DNA of 64,000 nt, taken from an uncultured Gemmatimonadaceae bacterium. Its GTDB lineage: Bacteria; Gemmatimonadota; Gemmatimonadetes; Gemmatimonadales; GWC2-71-9. The notes under the pieces are model-generated. The model was not told where the DNA came from and searched no databases. It was given only the letters and a program-made list of their open reading frames with translations. Position 1 is the stretch's first letter. Every line of letters begins with the position of its first letter. A program made the translations under genes and the position numbers. Positions 19,114-28,137 of the stretch are shown piece after piece. The DNA lies in assembly GCA_964518955.1 (NCBI GenBank), contig CAZFHS010000017.1:34789-98788 (forward strand). Direction: 5' to 3'.

Positions 19114-19196
19114 TGCGTGCAGCGACCAACGAGCAACGTGCAACGTGCAACGGTCTATCGGTCTAGAAACCCGCTGTTCGCTGCCCGTTGCGCGCA
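19114..19196. repeat. Heptamer micro-array (cCAACGA GCAACGT GCAACGT GCAACGG, 19126-19153) within an imperfect hairpin between convergent genes
   Basis: Tandem heptamers read directly, followed by the direct repeat GGTCTAtcGGTCTA. GCAGCGA (19119-19125) pairs perfectly with TCGCTGC (19178-19184), and tgcgtgca (19114-19121) pairs at 7 of 8 positions with tgcgcgca (19189-19196). Confidence 0.5.
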
Positions 19197-19214
19197 AGAA
19201 AGGCGATCTGCGAT

Positions 19215-20183
19215 CTAGTGCCCGCCGCTCACCGCTGCCGCCTGCACGATGATATCGAAACCGTCGAATCTGTAGCGGCGCAGGTCGTCGGACTCCGAAT
19301 ACTCCCCGCCACCGGCAAAGATCGTTCGGAATGCATCGCCGACTCGCGGAATTACCACGCCCGGTACCCACGGGTCGTTGTGGCCTGAGAGCACGTGATC
19401 GTACTCATCCACCAACGCTGCGATTCTATCGATCGACTGAACGTAGACATCCAGTTCGACGTCAGGGCCGAACGCGTACAGAGGTCCGGGGAAGAACAGG
19501 TCGCCCGTCCAGAGCATGCGGTTGGCGCGATCTAGCAGGCACACAGAGCCCGGAGAATGCCCTGGCGTGTATATGACCTCTAGTTGTCGGCCGCCAAGGT
19601 CGATCACATCACCGTCGTAGAACAACTCGGTTGGCACGATGGAAGGGATTGTCCAAGCGTCCGGATCGAAACCTTCAGGCAGCGGCTTCCAAAGGTATTC
19701 GTCAGTCAGATACCTCTGAAGCGATGCGTTGTCGCGGCCCGCGCGGAGTACCGCGAGTCCCGCTGAATCATCGAATGCCGCGATCTCGTCGAACCTGTAC
19801 GCCTGGCCAACGTGGTCGTAGTGCTCGTGCGTGAGTACGACAGATACGGGAAGATCGGTTAGCTCGCTGGTCACCTGAGTGATATCACCAACGCCGGTTC
19901 CTGCATCGATGAGCACGGCACGCTCCTCGCCTTCGACCAGAAAGCAAATTGCCTCTTCGAACTGGTTTGGCTCATATATCGCGAACGTACCCTCTCCAAG
20001 TTTGTAAACATCGAACCAATCCTGATAGGTGCCTACCTTTTCCAACGTCGCATAGACTGGCCGCGGGTGTACGCTCCACCATTCAGGTGGTTGGACCAGG
20101 TTCGACTCACGCTCCACTTCGTTGCAGCCCGTGAGGAGCAAGACAGCCGACACCAATGTCACCAAAGTAGATCTGGTTTTCAT
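19215..20183 (-). CDS. MBL-fold metallo-hydrolase lipoprotein
   Basis: ORF 19215..20375. Start moved to ATG 20183 (MKTRSTLVTLVSAVLLLTGC lipobox). HxHxDH motif VLTHEHYDHVGQ. TPGHSPGS. Confidence 0.85.
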   Translation of the reverse strand: MKTRSTLVTLVSAVLLLTGCNEVERESNLVQPPEWWSVHPRPVYATLEKVGTYQDWFDVYKLGEGTFAIYEPNQFEEAICFLVEGEERAVLIDAGTGVGDITQVTSELTDLPVSVVLTHEHYDHVGQAYRFDEIAAFDDSAGLAVLRAGRDNASLQRYLTDEYLWKPLPEGFDPDAWTIPSIVPTELFYDGDVIDLGGRQLEVIYTPGHSPGSVCLLDRANRMLWTGDLFFPGPLYAFGPDVELDVYVQSIDRIAALVDEYDHVLSGHNDPWVPGVVIPRVGDAFRTIFAGGGEYSESDDLRRYRFDGFDIIVQAAAVSGGH

Positions 20184-20387
20184 CGTACTTCCTCGATACA
20201 TGAATTGGGGCATTCGTTCACCTGCATGGGCGTAGAAAGTGCAGCCAATGCACAGTGTCTGCAAGGCGAGTTGATCGAACAGATGAATGTCTGTAGAATC
20301 TGCCGGTGGGTCGCATTCCGCGTTGAGTTGGAATCGGCTCAACAAACGTGTATCACAGGTACAAAAAGCCACCAAACGGGGAAACAG

Positions 20388-23300
20388 ATGAAGACTATCA
20401 CGGCAATCACAGCCGCGTTGCTAGTGTTCTCGACGGCGCTAACTCCGAGTATCCGCGCACAATCCGATGCCGGCGCACCCATGGACGCTTCCACATTTGC
20501 CGGACTCAGGCTCCGCAACATAGGGCCCGCCGTCCAGTCGGGCCGGATAGCCGATATGGTCAAGGATCCGACGAATCAGAGCACGTGGTATGTGGCAGTC
20601 GCATCTGGGAATGTTTGGAAGACGGAAAACGCCGGAACCACTTGGGATCCGATCTTCGAGAACTACGGTTCGTTCTCTACGGGGTCGCTTGCGATCGATC
20701 CGAGCAATCCGCACGTGGTGTGGTTGGGAACGGGAGAGAATGCCAGCCAACGCAGTGCCGGCTTCGGAGATGGGATCTACAAGAGTCTAGATGGTGGCAA
20801 GAGTTGGAACAACATGGGGCTCAGGGAATCCGAACATATCGCCAAGATCTTGATCGACCCGCGGAATCCCGATGTGGTCTTTGCCGCTTCACAGGGGCCG
20901 CTGTGGGCTCCGGGCGGAGATCGCGGGCTATTTAAGACGGCAGATGGTGGAAACACTTGGGACCTCGTTCTGGAGATCAGTGAAAATACCGGCGTCGCAG
21001 ACATGGCGTTCGATCCGCGAAATCCGGACGTTATCTATGCCGCCAGCTATCAACGGCGGCGCCATGTTGGGGTGTTGGTGGCGGGAGGACCCGAGTCGAA
21101 CATCTACAAGACTACAGATGGCGGCGAGACGTGGAAGCAGTTGAGGCGCGGCCTCCCAACTGCGGATCGCGGCAGAATTGCCATTGCTGTCTCTCCGCAA
21201 CAGCGCGACGTCGTCTATGCGTTGATCGCAGCTGAAGGTGAGTCGAGTGGGTTCTTCAGGTCCACCGATCGCGGCGAAAGCTGGACCCGCACGAGTGACT
21301 ACATAGTTGTAGACCCACAGTACTACGGTGAGATATACCCGGATCCGCACAAGTTCGATCGGGTTTACGCGGTGGACATGACGTTCCACGTAACAAATGA
21401 CGGTGGTAGCACGTTCGAGCCGCTGCGGTACCGAAACGTTCATGTCGATCACCACGCGTTAGTGTTCGATCCCGACGATCCAGATTACCTGATGCTCGGC
21501 AACGACGGCGGCATCTATGAAAGCTGGGATGGTGGTGATAAATGGAAGTACGTTGCCAACCTGCCGATCACACAGTTCTACAGAGTCGGCATCGGTAATG
21601 ATGAGCCGTTCTACACAGTGTGCGGAGGAACACAGGACAATGCGACTCTGTGCGGTCCGTCGCGAACCAACAACGTTCACGGAATCAGGAACAGCGATTG
21701 GTTCGTGACAGTGGGAGGCGATGGCTTCCAGGCGAGGATCGACTCCGACGACCCGAACATCATCTATTCCATGTACCAGTACGCCGGAATCGTTCGCTAC
21801 GACAGAACCAGCGGGGAGCGGCTCGACATTCAGCCGCAACCAGAACCTGGCGAACCGGCGTTGCGGTGGCACTGGGACGCCCCGCTCATCATTAGCCCTC
21901 ACAGATCATCACGTCTATACTTCGCCGCCAATCGCCTCTACAAGAGTGAAGACAGGGCAAACTCCTGGGAACCGGTATCTCCCGATTTGAGCCGCGGCAT
22001 CGACCGCAACCAGAGAGAACTAATGGGGCGCGTGTGGAGTGTCGATGCAGTATGGAAGAACGTGTTTACATCCCCGTACGGAACGGTAGTGGCGCTCGAT
22101 GAGTCACCTCTACAGGAAGGGCTCGTCTACGTAGGTACCGACGACGGACTGGTGCAGGTGACTGATGACGGTGGCGCCAACTGGGGAGCCACCGACGAGT
22201 TCCCGGGTGTTCCGGACCTCACGTATGTCGCTGACGTCGTGGCCTCTTTGCACGATCCAAATGTTGTGTTTGCAGTGTTCAACAATCACAAGGAAGGTGA
22301 CTTCGCTCCGTACGTAATGAAGAGTGCGGATCGCGGGCAAACCTGGACTTCGATCCGTGGCGACCTTCCGGATCGGCAACCGGCGTGGACGATAGTTCAG
22401 GACCACGTCAACCCAGATTTGCTGTTCGTTGGTACCGAGTTCGCACTGTTCTTCACGCTCGACGGAGGAGCACACTGGGTCGAGCTCACCGGAGGGGTGC
22501 CAACTATCGCCTTCCGCGATCTCGAGATCCAACGCCGCGAGAATGACCTGGTTTGTGCCACGTTCGGCAGAGGTTTTCTGATTCTCGACGACTATTCACC
22601 TCTACGTCATGTGAATGCGACTGTGTTGAGTGATGATGCCACATTATTCCCAGTGGAGGATGCTTTGCAGTATGTGGAGGCATCGCCCATGGGTGGCTCG
22701 CAGGGGGATGCTTTCTTCTCGGCGCCGAATCCACCTTACGGCGCAACGTTTACATACTACCTGCGAGACCGACTTGCGAGTCTTCAGAGTGCGCGGCGGG
22801 CGGAAGAGCGTCGACGCGTCGACGCCGGCGAACGAATTCGATACCCGAGTTGGGACGAATTGCGCACGGAAGATCGCGAGCATGACCCTGCTGTAGTTCT
22901 GACCGTCAGGGATTCTGAAGGCAACATCGTCCGCCGAGTGACCGGCCCAGTTGGCTCCGGGATACATCGCGTATCCTGGGACCTGCGATACCCTGCCACC
23001 GGCCCGTCGCGGCCCGGCCGGAGCTCATCCGGGCCGATGGTGTTGCCCGGACAATACTCGGCAAGCCTCGCCAAACATGTCAACGGCGAGATCACTCAGT
23101 TGGGCGAGAGCCAGAGCTTCGAGGTAGTTCCGTTGAACAATGCGACGATGCCGGCTGCCGACCGTGCGGAGGTGGCGGCATTCCAACGCTCGCTTGGGGA
23201 GCTACAACGTGCCATACTAGGCGCGAGCGCCGTTTTGGATGAGACTCTCTCCCAACTCCGCGGCGTCAGACAAGCGGTCTTCGACGCACACGGCTCTGAC

Positions 23301-23639
23301 GAAACGATGTTTCAGCGTGTGCGTGAATTCGAGTTGCGATTGCTCAACGCTCAGGTGCGTTTGACCGGCGACAATACGATATCGGACAGAGCGGAGTTCA
23401 CGCCGCCGTCGATACTGGATCGTGTGCAGAGAGTTGTGCGTGCTCAGTTTGGGTCGACAGCCGATGTCACTACGACCCATCGACGCAACTTCGAAGTCGC
23501 GTCGGAAGAGTTTGTGCCTCTACTGGAAGATCTGCGGGTGCTGATTGAGGTAGACCTGGCCGAGTTACGCCGGCAGCTGGAGGCCGTAGGTGTGCCGTGG
23601 ACGCCGGGTCAAGGGTTGCCGAGATGGCGGGGAGGTTGA
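20388..23639 (+). CDS. Secreted sortilin/VPS10-like BNR (Asp-box) repeat protein (glycosyl-hydrolase-like beta-propellers)
   Basis: ORF 20067..23639. Start moved to ATG 20388 (MKTITAITAALLVFSTALTPSIRAQ signal peptide). Many Asp-box-like units (SxDxGxTW: TENAGTTW, SLDGGKSW, TADGGNTW, TTDGGETW, STDRGESW, SADRGQTW...). Paralog of 43224..46349. Confidence 0.85.
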   Translation: MKTITAITAALLVFSTALTPSIRAQSDAGAPMDASTFAGLRLRNIGPAVQSGRIADMVKDPTNQSTWYVAVASGNVWKTENAGTTWDPIFENYGSFSTGSLAIDPSNPHVVWLGTGENASQRSAGFGDGIYKSLDGGKSWNNMGLRESEHIAKILIDPRNPDVVFAASQGPLWAPGGDRGLFKTADGGNTWDLVLEISENTGVADMAFDPRNPDVIYAASYQRRRHVGVLVAGGPESNIYKTTDGGETWKQLRRGLPTADRGRIAIAVSPQQRDVVYALIAAEGESSGFFRSTDRGESWTRTSDYIVVDPQYYGEIYPDPHKFDRVYAVDMTFHVTNDGGSTFEPLRYRNVHVDHHALVFDPDDPDYLMLGNDGGIYESWDGGDKWKYVANLPITQFYRVGIGNDEPFYTVCGGTQDNATLCGPSRTNNVHGIRNSDWFVTVGGDGFQARIDSDDPNIIYSMYQYAGIVRYDRTSGERLDIQPQPEPGEPALRWHWDAPLIISPHRSSRLYFAANRLYKSEDRANSWEPVSPDLSRGIDRNQRELMGRVWSVDAVWKNVFTSPYGTVVALDESPLQEGLVYVGTDDGLVQVTDDGGANWGATDEFPGVPDLTYVADVVASLHDPNVVFAVFNNHKEGDFAPYVMKSADRGQTWTSIRGDLPDRQPAWTIVQDHVNPDLLFVGTEFALFFTLDGGAHWVELTGGVPTIAFRDLEIQRRENDLVCATFGRGFLILDDYSPLRHVNATVLSDDATLFPVEDALQYVEASPMGGSQGDAFFSAPNPPYGATFTYYLRDRLASLQSARRAEERRRVDAGERIRYPSWDELRTEDREHDPAVVLTVRDSEGNIVRRVTGPVGSGIHRVSWDLRYPATGPSRPGRSSSGPMVLPGQYSASLAKHVNGEITQLGESQSFEVVPLNNATMPAADRAEVAAFQRSLGELQRAILGASAVLDETLSQLRGVRQAVFDAHGSDETMFQRVREFELRLLNAQVRLTGDNTISDRAEFTPPSILDRVQRVVRAQFGSTADVTTTHRRNFEVASEEFVPLLEDLRVLIEVDLAELRRQLEAVGVPWTPGQGLPRWRGG

Positions 23640-23992
23640 TCGAACACGATCACCTCAGCGGTCAACGTCTTGGTGTCTGATTGGACCATAGCGGTGCCAA
23701 TGAGCAAGAAATTGGTGTCAGTGGACTCGGGTCCGAGTAAAACGGCATCCCCGCCGAGCTTAGCGGCTTCGTCTACCATTACCTTGCGTATGTCATCGAA
23801 GCTGTCGAACACCGATTTCCCATTCGACTGTATGACAGCAATGACCGTGTACGGTCGTGAGGGCTTCTCGACGAAAAACGCAACTGAATCGGGTGACCGA
23901 GCAGGGCGTATCGCGTGATCCAAACGTTCCACACTGGTGTTGATGCATGCGCCAGCGAAAAGGCAGAATGCGACAAGGAACCATGGTCTCAT
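23609..23992 (-). CDS. Small lipoprotein, function unknown (last gene of PadR-ADOP module 2)
   Basis: ORF 23609..24145. Start moved to ATG 23992 (MRPWFLVAFCLFAGAC lipobox), 76 bp downstream of the ADOP gene on the same strand. Its 3' end overlaps the convergent sortilin-like gene by 31 bp. Confidence 0.6.
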   Translation of the reverse strand: MRPWFLVAFCLFAGACINTSVERLDHAIRPARSPDSVAFFVEKPSRPYTVIAVIQSNGKSVFDSFDDIRKVMVDEAAKLGGDAVLLGPESTDTNFLLIGTAMVQSDTKTLTAEVIVFDQPPRHLGNP

Positions 23993-24068
23993 GATAGCCT
24001 CCGATCGGTCGGACGTTGAGCGCATTGCCCATTTATACAACGCATACGACATCCAATTTCTGACACTC

Positions 24069-26735
24069 TCACTCTGTTCGCAATACCGCCAAAGGGTCGA
24101 GCCTGCTGGCCTTACGAGCAGGAAGAAGGCAAGCCACTCCGGCAATGACGAATAGCCCCAGAGGAACTAGAACGAAGGTCAGCGGGTCGGCGCTCGAGAT
24201 TTCGAACACCATGCCCGACATTGCTCGGCTCAATGCAAAGGCACCTGCCAATCCCACCGCAATTCCGGCAGCTGTCATTAGTAATCCTTGCCGGATGACC
24301 AGCCGCAGTACTCCAGACTCCTGGGCACCCAACGCCCGGCGGATTCCTATCTCTCGAGATCTGCTTGAAACTGAGTAGGACAGGACACCATATACTCCGA
24401 GTACAGCCAGTAGTGATCCTGCAAAGGCAAATACTGTCATGAGGGTTGCAGAGAATCTTTGCTTGGCCGTGGACTCGCTCACCAGCCCTGTCATCGTTCG
24501 CACATTCGCGATTGGTTGATTGCTGTCGATTTCCTTCACGACTGCACGTACCATCGGCACCAGAACGGTTGGGTCGATCGAGCTGTTCACAACCAGAGTC
24601 ATCGCACGAAATGGAAGCTGCGCATGCGGTGCGTAGATCTGCGGTCGGTCGTCTTCGTACACCTGCTCTATCCGCGCATGGCGGACGACTCCAACTACGG
24701 TCCATTCCTCCCCGAGATGTGAGATCTGTCTGCCGACGGCGTTGCCGTCTAGCCAATGGCGAGCCAGCTTTTGGTCGATGATTGCCACGAACGGTGCGGC
24801 TTCGCGCTCGTCATCATCGGGAGTGAAGAACCGCCCCGCGACCAGCTCAATGCCCATCGTGGTGAAATAGTCGGGAGAAACGGGCATGTAGTCCGCCATG
24901 ACGGCGTCGACGTCCTCTGGAAGTACATCGGGTCTGCAGTCGCTCTGATTTCGATTCGCATACCCGAGAGGAAGAGTACCGGTGGTGGAGACATGGTCTA
25001 TACCGGGTGTCCCACTCAGACGGTCTATCAGGGCTTCGAAAAACCTCGTACGCGACAGTGCGTCTGCATATCGAGAATGTGGCAGTGATATGTCCGTCGC
25101 GATGACATGCTCGGGCGTGAATCCCGGGTCGGCTGTAGTCATGAGGGCAAGGCTTCGTACGAGCAATCCTGCACCAGTGAGCAGCATCAAAGACAGGGCG
25201 ATTTCGGCGATTACGATCAGTTGCCTCATGCGCATTGCGGTGCCGAGTCCCACCAGTCCGCGTCCGCCGTCGTTGAATGCGCCCATTAGCCTCTGCCGCG
25301 AGTTGTGAAGCGCCGGAGCGAGGCTGCACAGTATGGCCGCAGCAAGCGTGATCGTTCCCGCAAAGAGGACGATTCGGCCGTCGACGGTTACTTCGTCGCT
25401 GCGTGGGAGTCCGGCCGGTGCGAGTGATACCAGCCAGTTGATTGCGAATACGGCAACCAACACGCCCAACACACCACCTATTGCTGCCAGGAGTCCGGCT
25501 TCCACGAAGGCGAGCCACACGATCCTGGCCCGAGTTGCACCCAACGCTGCCCGAACCGAAATTTCTCGAGCTCTCGACTGCGATCGTGCCAGCATCAATG
25601 TCGCGATGTTTGCCGCCGCGATGAGGAGCAAAAGGCCGACCGCCGCGAGCAGGAGCAGGAGTGTAGGCCTTACGTTCTTCACAAGGTCTTCCTGCACGGG
25701 AACAGCGAAATACGTGAAACCGTTGTCGCCGAACCACTGGTTGTCCTGCGTCTCACCGAGCGCTGCTAGTTCAGCTGAAGCCTGTTCGAAGTTCACACCA
25801 TCCTTGATTCTCGCGAGCACCGCGTACCGGTGCTGCCCCCTTTGGGCGGCTGCCAGGTCAGTCGGGTCGGGCAGCCATACCTCGGCTGCGCTCGGTTGGC
25901 TCAGGCTGTGGTGTATGAGGAAACGGAAGTTCCTCGGCAAGACTCCGACGATCGTGTGGGGATTGCCATCGAGTGTAAGCGAGCGGCCGAGCACGGTCGG
26001 GTCTCCACCAAAATGCCGTCGCCATAGACCATCGGTGAGCACCACGATCCTCTCGGCACCTTCCAGGTCATCGCCGTCCAAGAATGTTCTGCCTAACTCA
26101 GCTTGAACACCAAGCAGACCAAAGAGGTTTGCCGAGCCGAAGGCGGCTGCGATCTCCTCGGGCTCGTCCAACCCAGTGATTTGAGCGGTCCCGGTCCTCA
26201 GGGCGGCGAAACCGTCAAAGAGGGTTGTCTCCTGCCGAAGCTCGGCGACTTGGGGGCCTGCGACGGATGCCCGAGGAAACCCGATCCACTCGAGACGATC
26301 CCATACGTAGACCAGTTGACCCGGCGTCCTAAGTGGGAGCGAACGAAGCAAGACACCGTTGACCACACTGAAGATCGCGCTACTGGCACCGATTCCGAGA
26401 CCGAGAGTCAGGACGGCGACCAGTGTGAATCCGGGCGAACGTCTCATTAGGCGCGAAGCGAAGGTAACGTCCTTCAGCAGTGATCCGAGAGATGTACTCC
26501 ACACGGACGCCGAAACTTCGCTCTCGGCTCTGCGCAACCGCCTTGCCTCCAGCCGGAGCCTGAACCAATGTCCGGACGATATTTCCCGCCAGAGCGCTCT
26601 CCTAGCGAAGTAGTGCCCATGGGAATCAACGTCCTCCCGATACACCTCGGCTATCTCGTCCAGTACCGTTTCTCGCCAGTCAGTTGGCAGCAACAGCCGC
26701 AGCAGGAATGCGGGGATTGGAGGTAACTTCGTCAC
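24069..26735 (-). CDS. ADOP-type duplicated MacB/FtsX-like permease (module 2)
   Basis: 888 aa. ATGA overlap with the PadR stop. N-terminal PPIPAFLLRLLLP motif and duplicated FtsX blocks (REISVRAALGATRARI; REIGIRRALGAQESGV). Confidence 0.9.
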   Translation of the reverse strand: MTKLPPIPAFLLRLLLPTDWRETVLDEIAEVYREDVDSHGHYFARRALWREISSGHWFRLRLEARRLRRAESEVSASVWSTSLGSLLKDVTFASRLMRRSPGFTLVAVLTLGLGIGASSAIFSVVNGVLLRSLPLRTPGQLVYVWDRLEWIGFPRASVAGPQVAELRQETTLFDGFAALRTGTAQITGLDEPEEIAAAFGSANLFGLLGVQAELGRTFLDGDDLEGAERIVVLTDGLWRRHFGGDPTVLGRSLTLDGNPHTIVGVLPRNFRFLIHHSLSQPSAAEVWLPDPTDLAAAQRGQHRYAVLARIKDGVNFEQASAELAALGETQDNQWFGDNGFTYFAVPVQEDLVKNVRPTLLLLLAAVGLLLLIAAANIATLMLARSQSRAREISVRAALGATRARIVWLAFVEAGLLAAIGGVLGVLVAVFAINWLVSLAPAGLPRSDEVTVDGRIVLFAGTITLAAAILCSLAPALHNSRQRLMGAFNDGGRGLVGLGTAMRMRQLIVIAEIALSLMLLTGAGLLVRSLALMTTADPGFTPEHVIATDISLPHSRYADALSRTRFFEALIDRLSGTPGIDHVSTTGTLPLGYANRNQSDCRPDVLPEDVDAVMADYMPVSPDYFTTMGIELVAGRFFTPDDDEREAAPFVAIIDQKLARHWLDGNAVGRQISHLGEEWTVVGVVRHARIEQVYEDDRPQIYAPHAQLPFRAMTLVVNSSIDPTVLVPMVRAVVKEIDSNQPIANVRTMTGLVSESTAKQRFSATLMTVFAFAGSLLAVLGVYGVLSYSVSSRSREIGIRRALGAQESGVLRLVIRQGLLMTAAGIAVGLAGAFALSRAMSGMVFEISSADPLTFVLVPLGLFVIAGVACLLPARKASRLDPLAVLRTE

Positions 26736-27070
26736 GCGGGCCTCACATCGGGCGCTTCATCCATACCTTCCCACATTCGCTCCATGCGTCGCCGTGTCTC
26801 GTGCAAAACCGAGATACCTTCATCTGTGACACTGAAGAATCGTTTGGATTTGCCGCCCCTCACCGGAGTTGGAGCCGAGAGCCCCGAGGAGACGAACCCT
26901 TTGTCCTGAAGTCGCATGAGAGTCACATAAATAGAGGAGACGGTGAGTGTGCGTCCGCCCCGTGAGCTGACTTCCTTTCTGATAGCTGCCGCGGTTGCCT
27001 TTTCTCCAACACGCCACGCTGCGAGGAGTATCAGCTGCTCCGCTTCTCCCAGATGTACACCTCTTGTCAT
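26732..27070 (-). CDS. PadR-family transcriptional regulator (module 2)
   Basis: ORF 26732..27127. Start moved to ATG 27070 (MTRGVHLGEAEQLILLAAWRV...SIYVTLMRLQDKGFV...GGKSKRFFSVT). Confidence 0.85.
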   Translation of the reverse strand: MTRGVHLGEAEQLILLAAWRVGEKATAAAIRKEVSSRGGRTLTVSSIYVTLMRLQDKGFVSSGLSAPTPVRGGKSKRFFSVTDEGISVLHETRRRMERMWEGMDEAPDVRPA

Positions 27071-27253
27071 CGCAACTCCATCAACGATTATAGTGACAAC
27101 ATAAATAATATAACTGCGATATTGCAAGGGAAGGGATGGGCAGCCTCTAGCGCGCCGCAGCCAACGGCTGCAACTTTAAGACGAAGGCATCTCGAGAGCC
27201 TGCGTCGCGCCAAGTTCGAAGACGCGGCGTCGGGGAGTGGAAGGAGACTGTTC

Positions 27254-28135
27254 GTGACCTCACCTGACGCAGCAACCGGAGCCGTACCGGCGGAGAAGAA
27301 GTCCACCGGCAGAGCCACCGACTACTACGGACTGACCCACACCGGCAAAGTGAGAAAGACCAATCAGGACCACTTTCTCATCTGCTCGCTCCGCAAACAC
27401 ATGGAAGTGCACCTAACAAGCCTGCCGGACCTGGATCAACTTCCGCTCGAGAGCGAACGTTTGGCTGCTCTCGCGATGGTGGCCGATGGTGTTGGCTCTG
27501 GTGCCGGTGGAGGTGAGGCAAGCAGGCTGGCGCTCGAAGAGATGGCTCAGTATGTGGCGCGAACCATGCGCTGCTACTACACGGCCGATGCCAAGGATGA
27601 ACGCGCTTTCTTCAATGCTCTGGAAGAAGCGGCCATGCAAGGGCATGCCAGCGTCGTGCAGTTGGCTGAGGAAGATGCCGAGCGAAGGCGCATGGCGACT
27701 ACACTCACCGTATGGATCGGTGCATGGCCCCATTCCTATCTTCTGCAGGTTGGAGACAGCCGCTTCTATCTCTTTGGAAACGACAAGCTGACGCAGATAT
27801 CGCGCGATCAAACCATGGCGCAGGAGTTGGTGGATCAAGGGGTACTAACACAATCTGACGCCGAAAACAGTCATTGGGCTCACGTGCTATCGAGTGCAAT
27901 CGGTGGTACTCAGGCGGCGCCCGTGATAACTCGCGTTGATCAGGTGTGGAACAGCGTTGGGCTTCTCTGCAGTGACGGCTTGACCAAACACGTTAGTGAC
28001 GAACAGATCGAAGAAAGACTGCGCAACATGACGTCGGCCAAACAAGTCTGTAAAGATTTGCTGCAGGATGCGCTCGATGACGGCGGGACCGACAACATTA
28101 CGGTTGTGGTTGGGCGTGGAGTTCGAAGCGAATGA
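27254..28135 (+). CDS. PP2C-family Ser/Thr protein phosphatase
   Basis: ORF 27053..28135. GTG 27254 lies 7 nt after GGAAGGAG. Motifs YYGLTHTGKVRKTNQDHF, AMVADGVGSG, LLQVGDSRFYL, LLCSDGLTKHV, GGTDNITVVV. Confidence 0.85.
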   Translation: MTSPDAATGAVPAEKKSTGRATDYYGLTHTGKVRKTNQDHFLICSLRKHMEVHLTSLPDLDQLPLESERLAALAMVADGVGSGAGGGEASRLALEEMAQYVARTMRCYYTADAKDERAFFNALEEAAMQGHASVVQLAEEDAERRRMATTLTVWIGAWPHSYLLQVGDSRFYLFGNDKLTQISRDQTMAQELVDQGVLTQSDAENSHWAHVLSSAIGGTQAAPVITRVDQVWNSVGLLCSDGLTKHVSDEQIEERLRNMTSAKQVCKDLLQDALDDGGTDNITVVVGRGVRSE

Positions 28136-28137
28136 GG

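Noticed and set aside
17003-19136. Long antisense ORFs inside the ADOP permease genes (17003-17794, 18375-19136; also 25333-26106 and 24847-25737 in module 2, and 52080-52916 in module 3)
   Set aside because: They overlap strongly supported permease frames and are Arg/Ser/Pro-rich and low in complexity. I see no independent start signals.
20067-20387. Long N-terminal extensions in the ORF track (20067-20387, 42645-43223, 39337-39477, 39299-39484, 1017-1109, 10865-10999, 27053-27253, 55401-55496)
   Set aside because: Each extension overlaps a neighbouring gene or a repeat element and lacks an SD. It also precedes an internal start that is followed by a signal peptide, lipobox or conserved N-terminus, so the shorter gene models were used.
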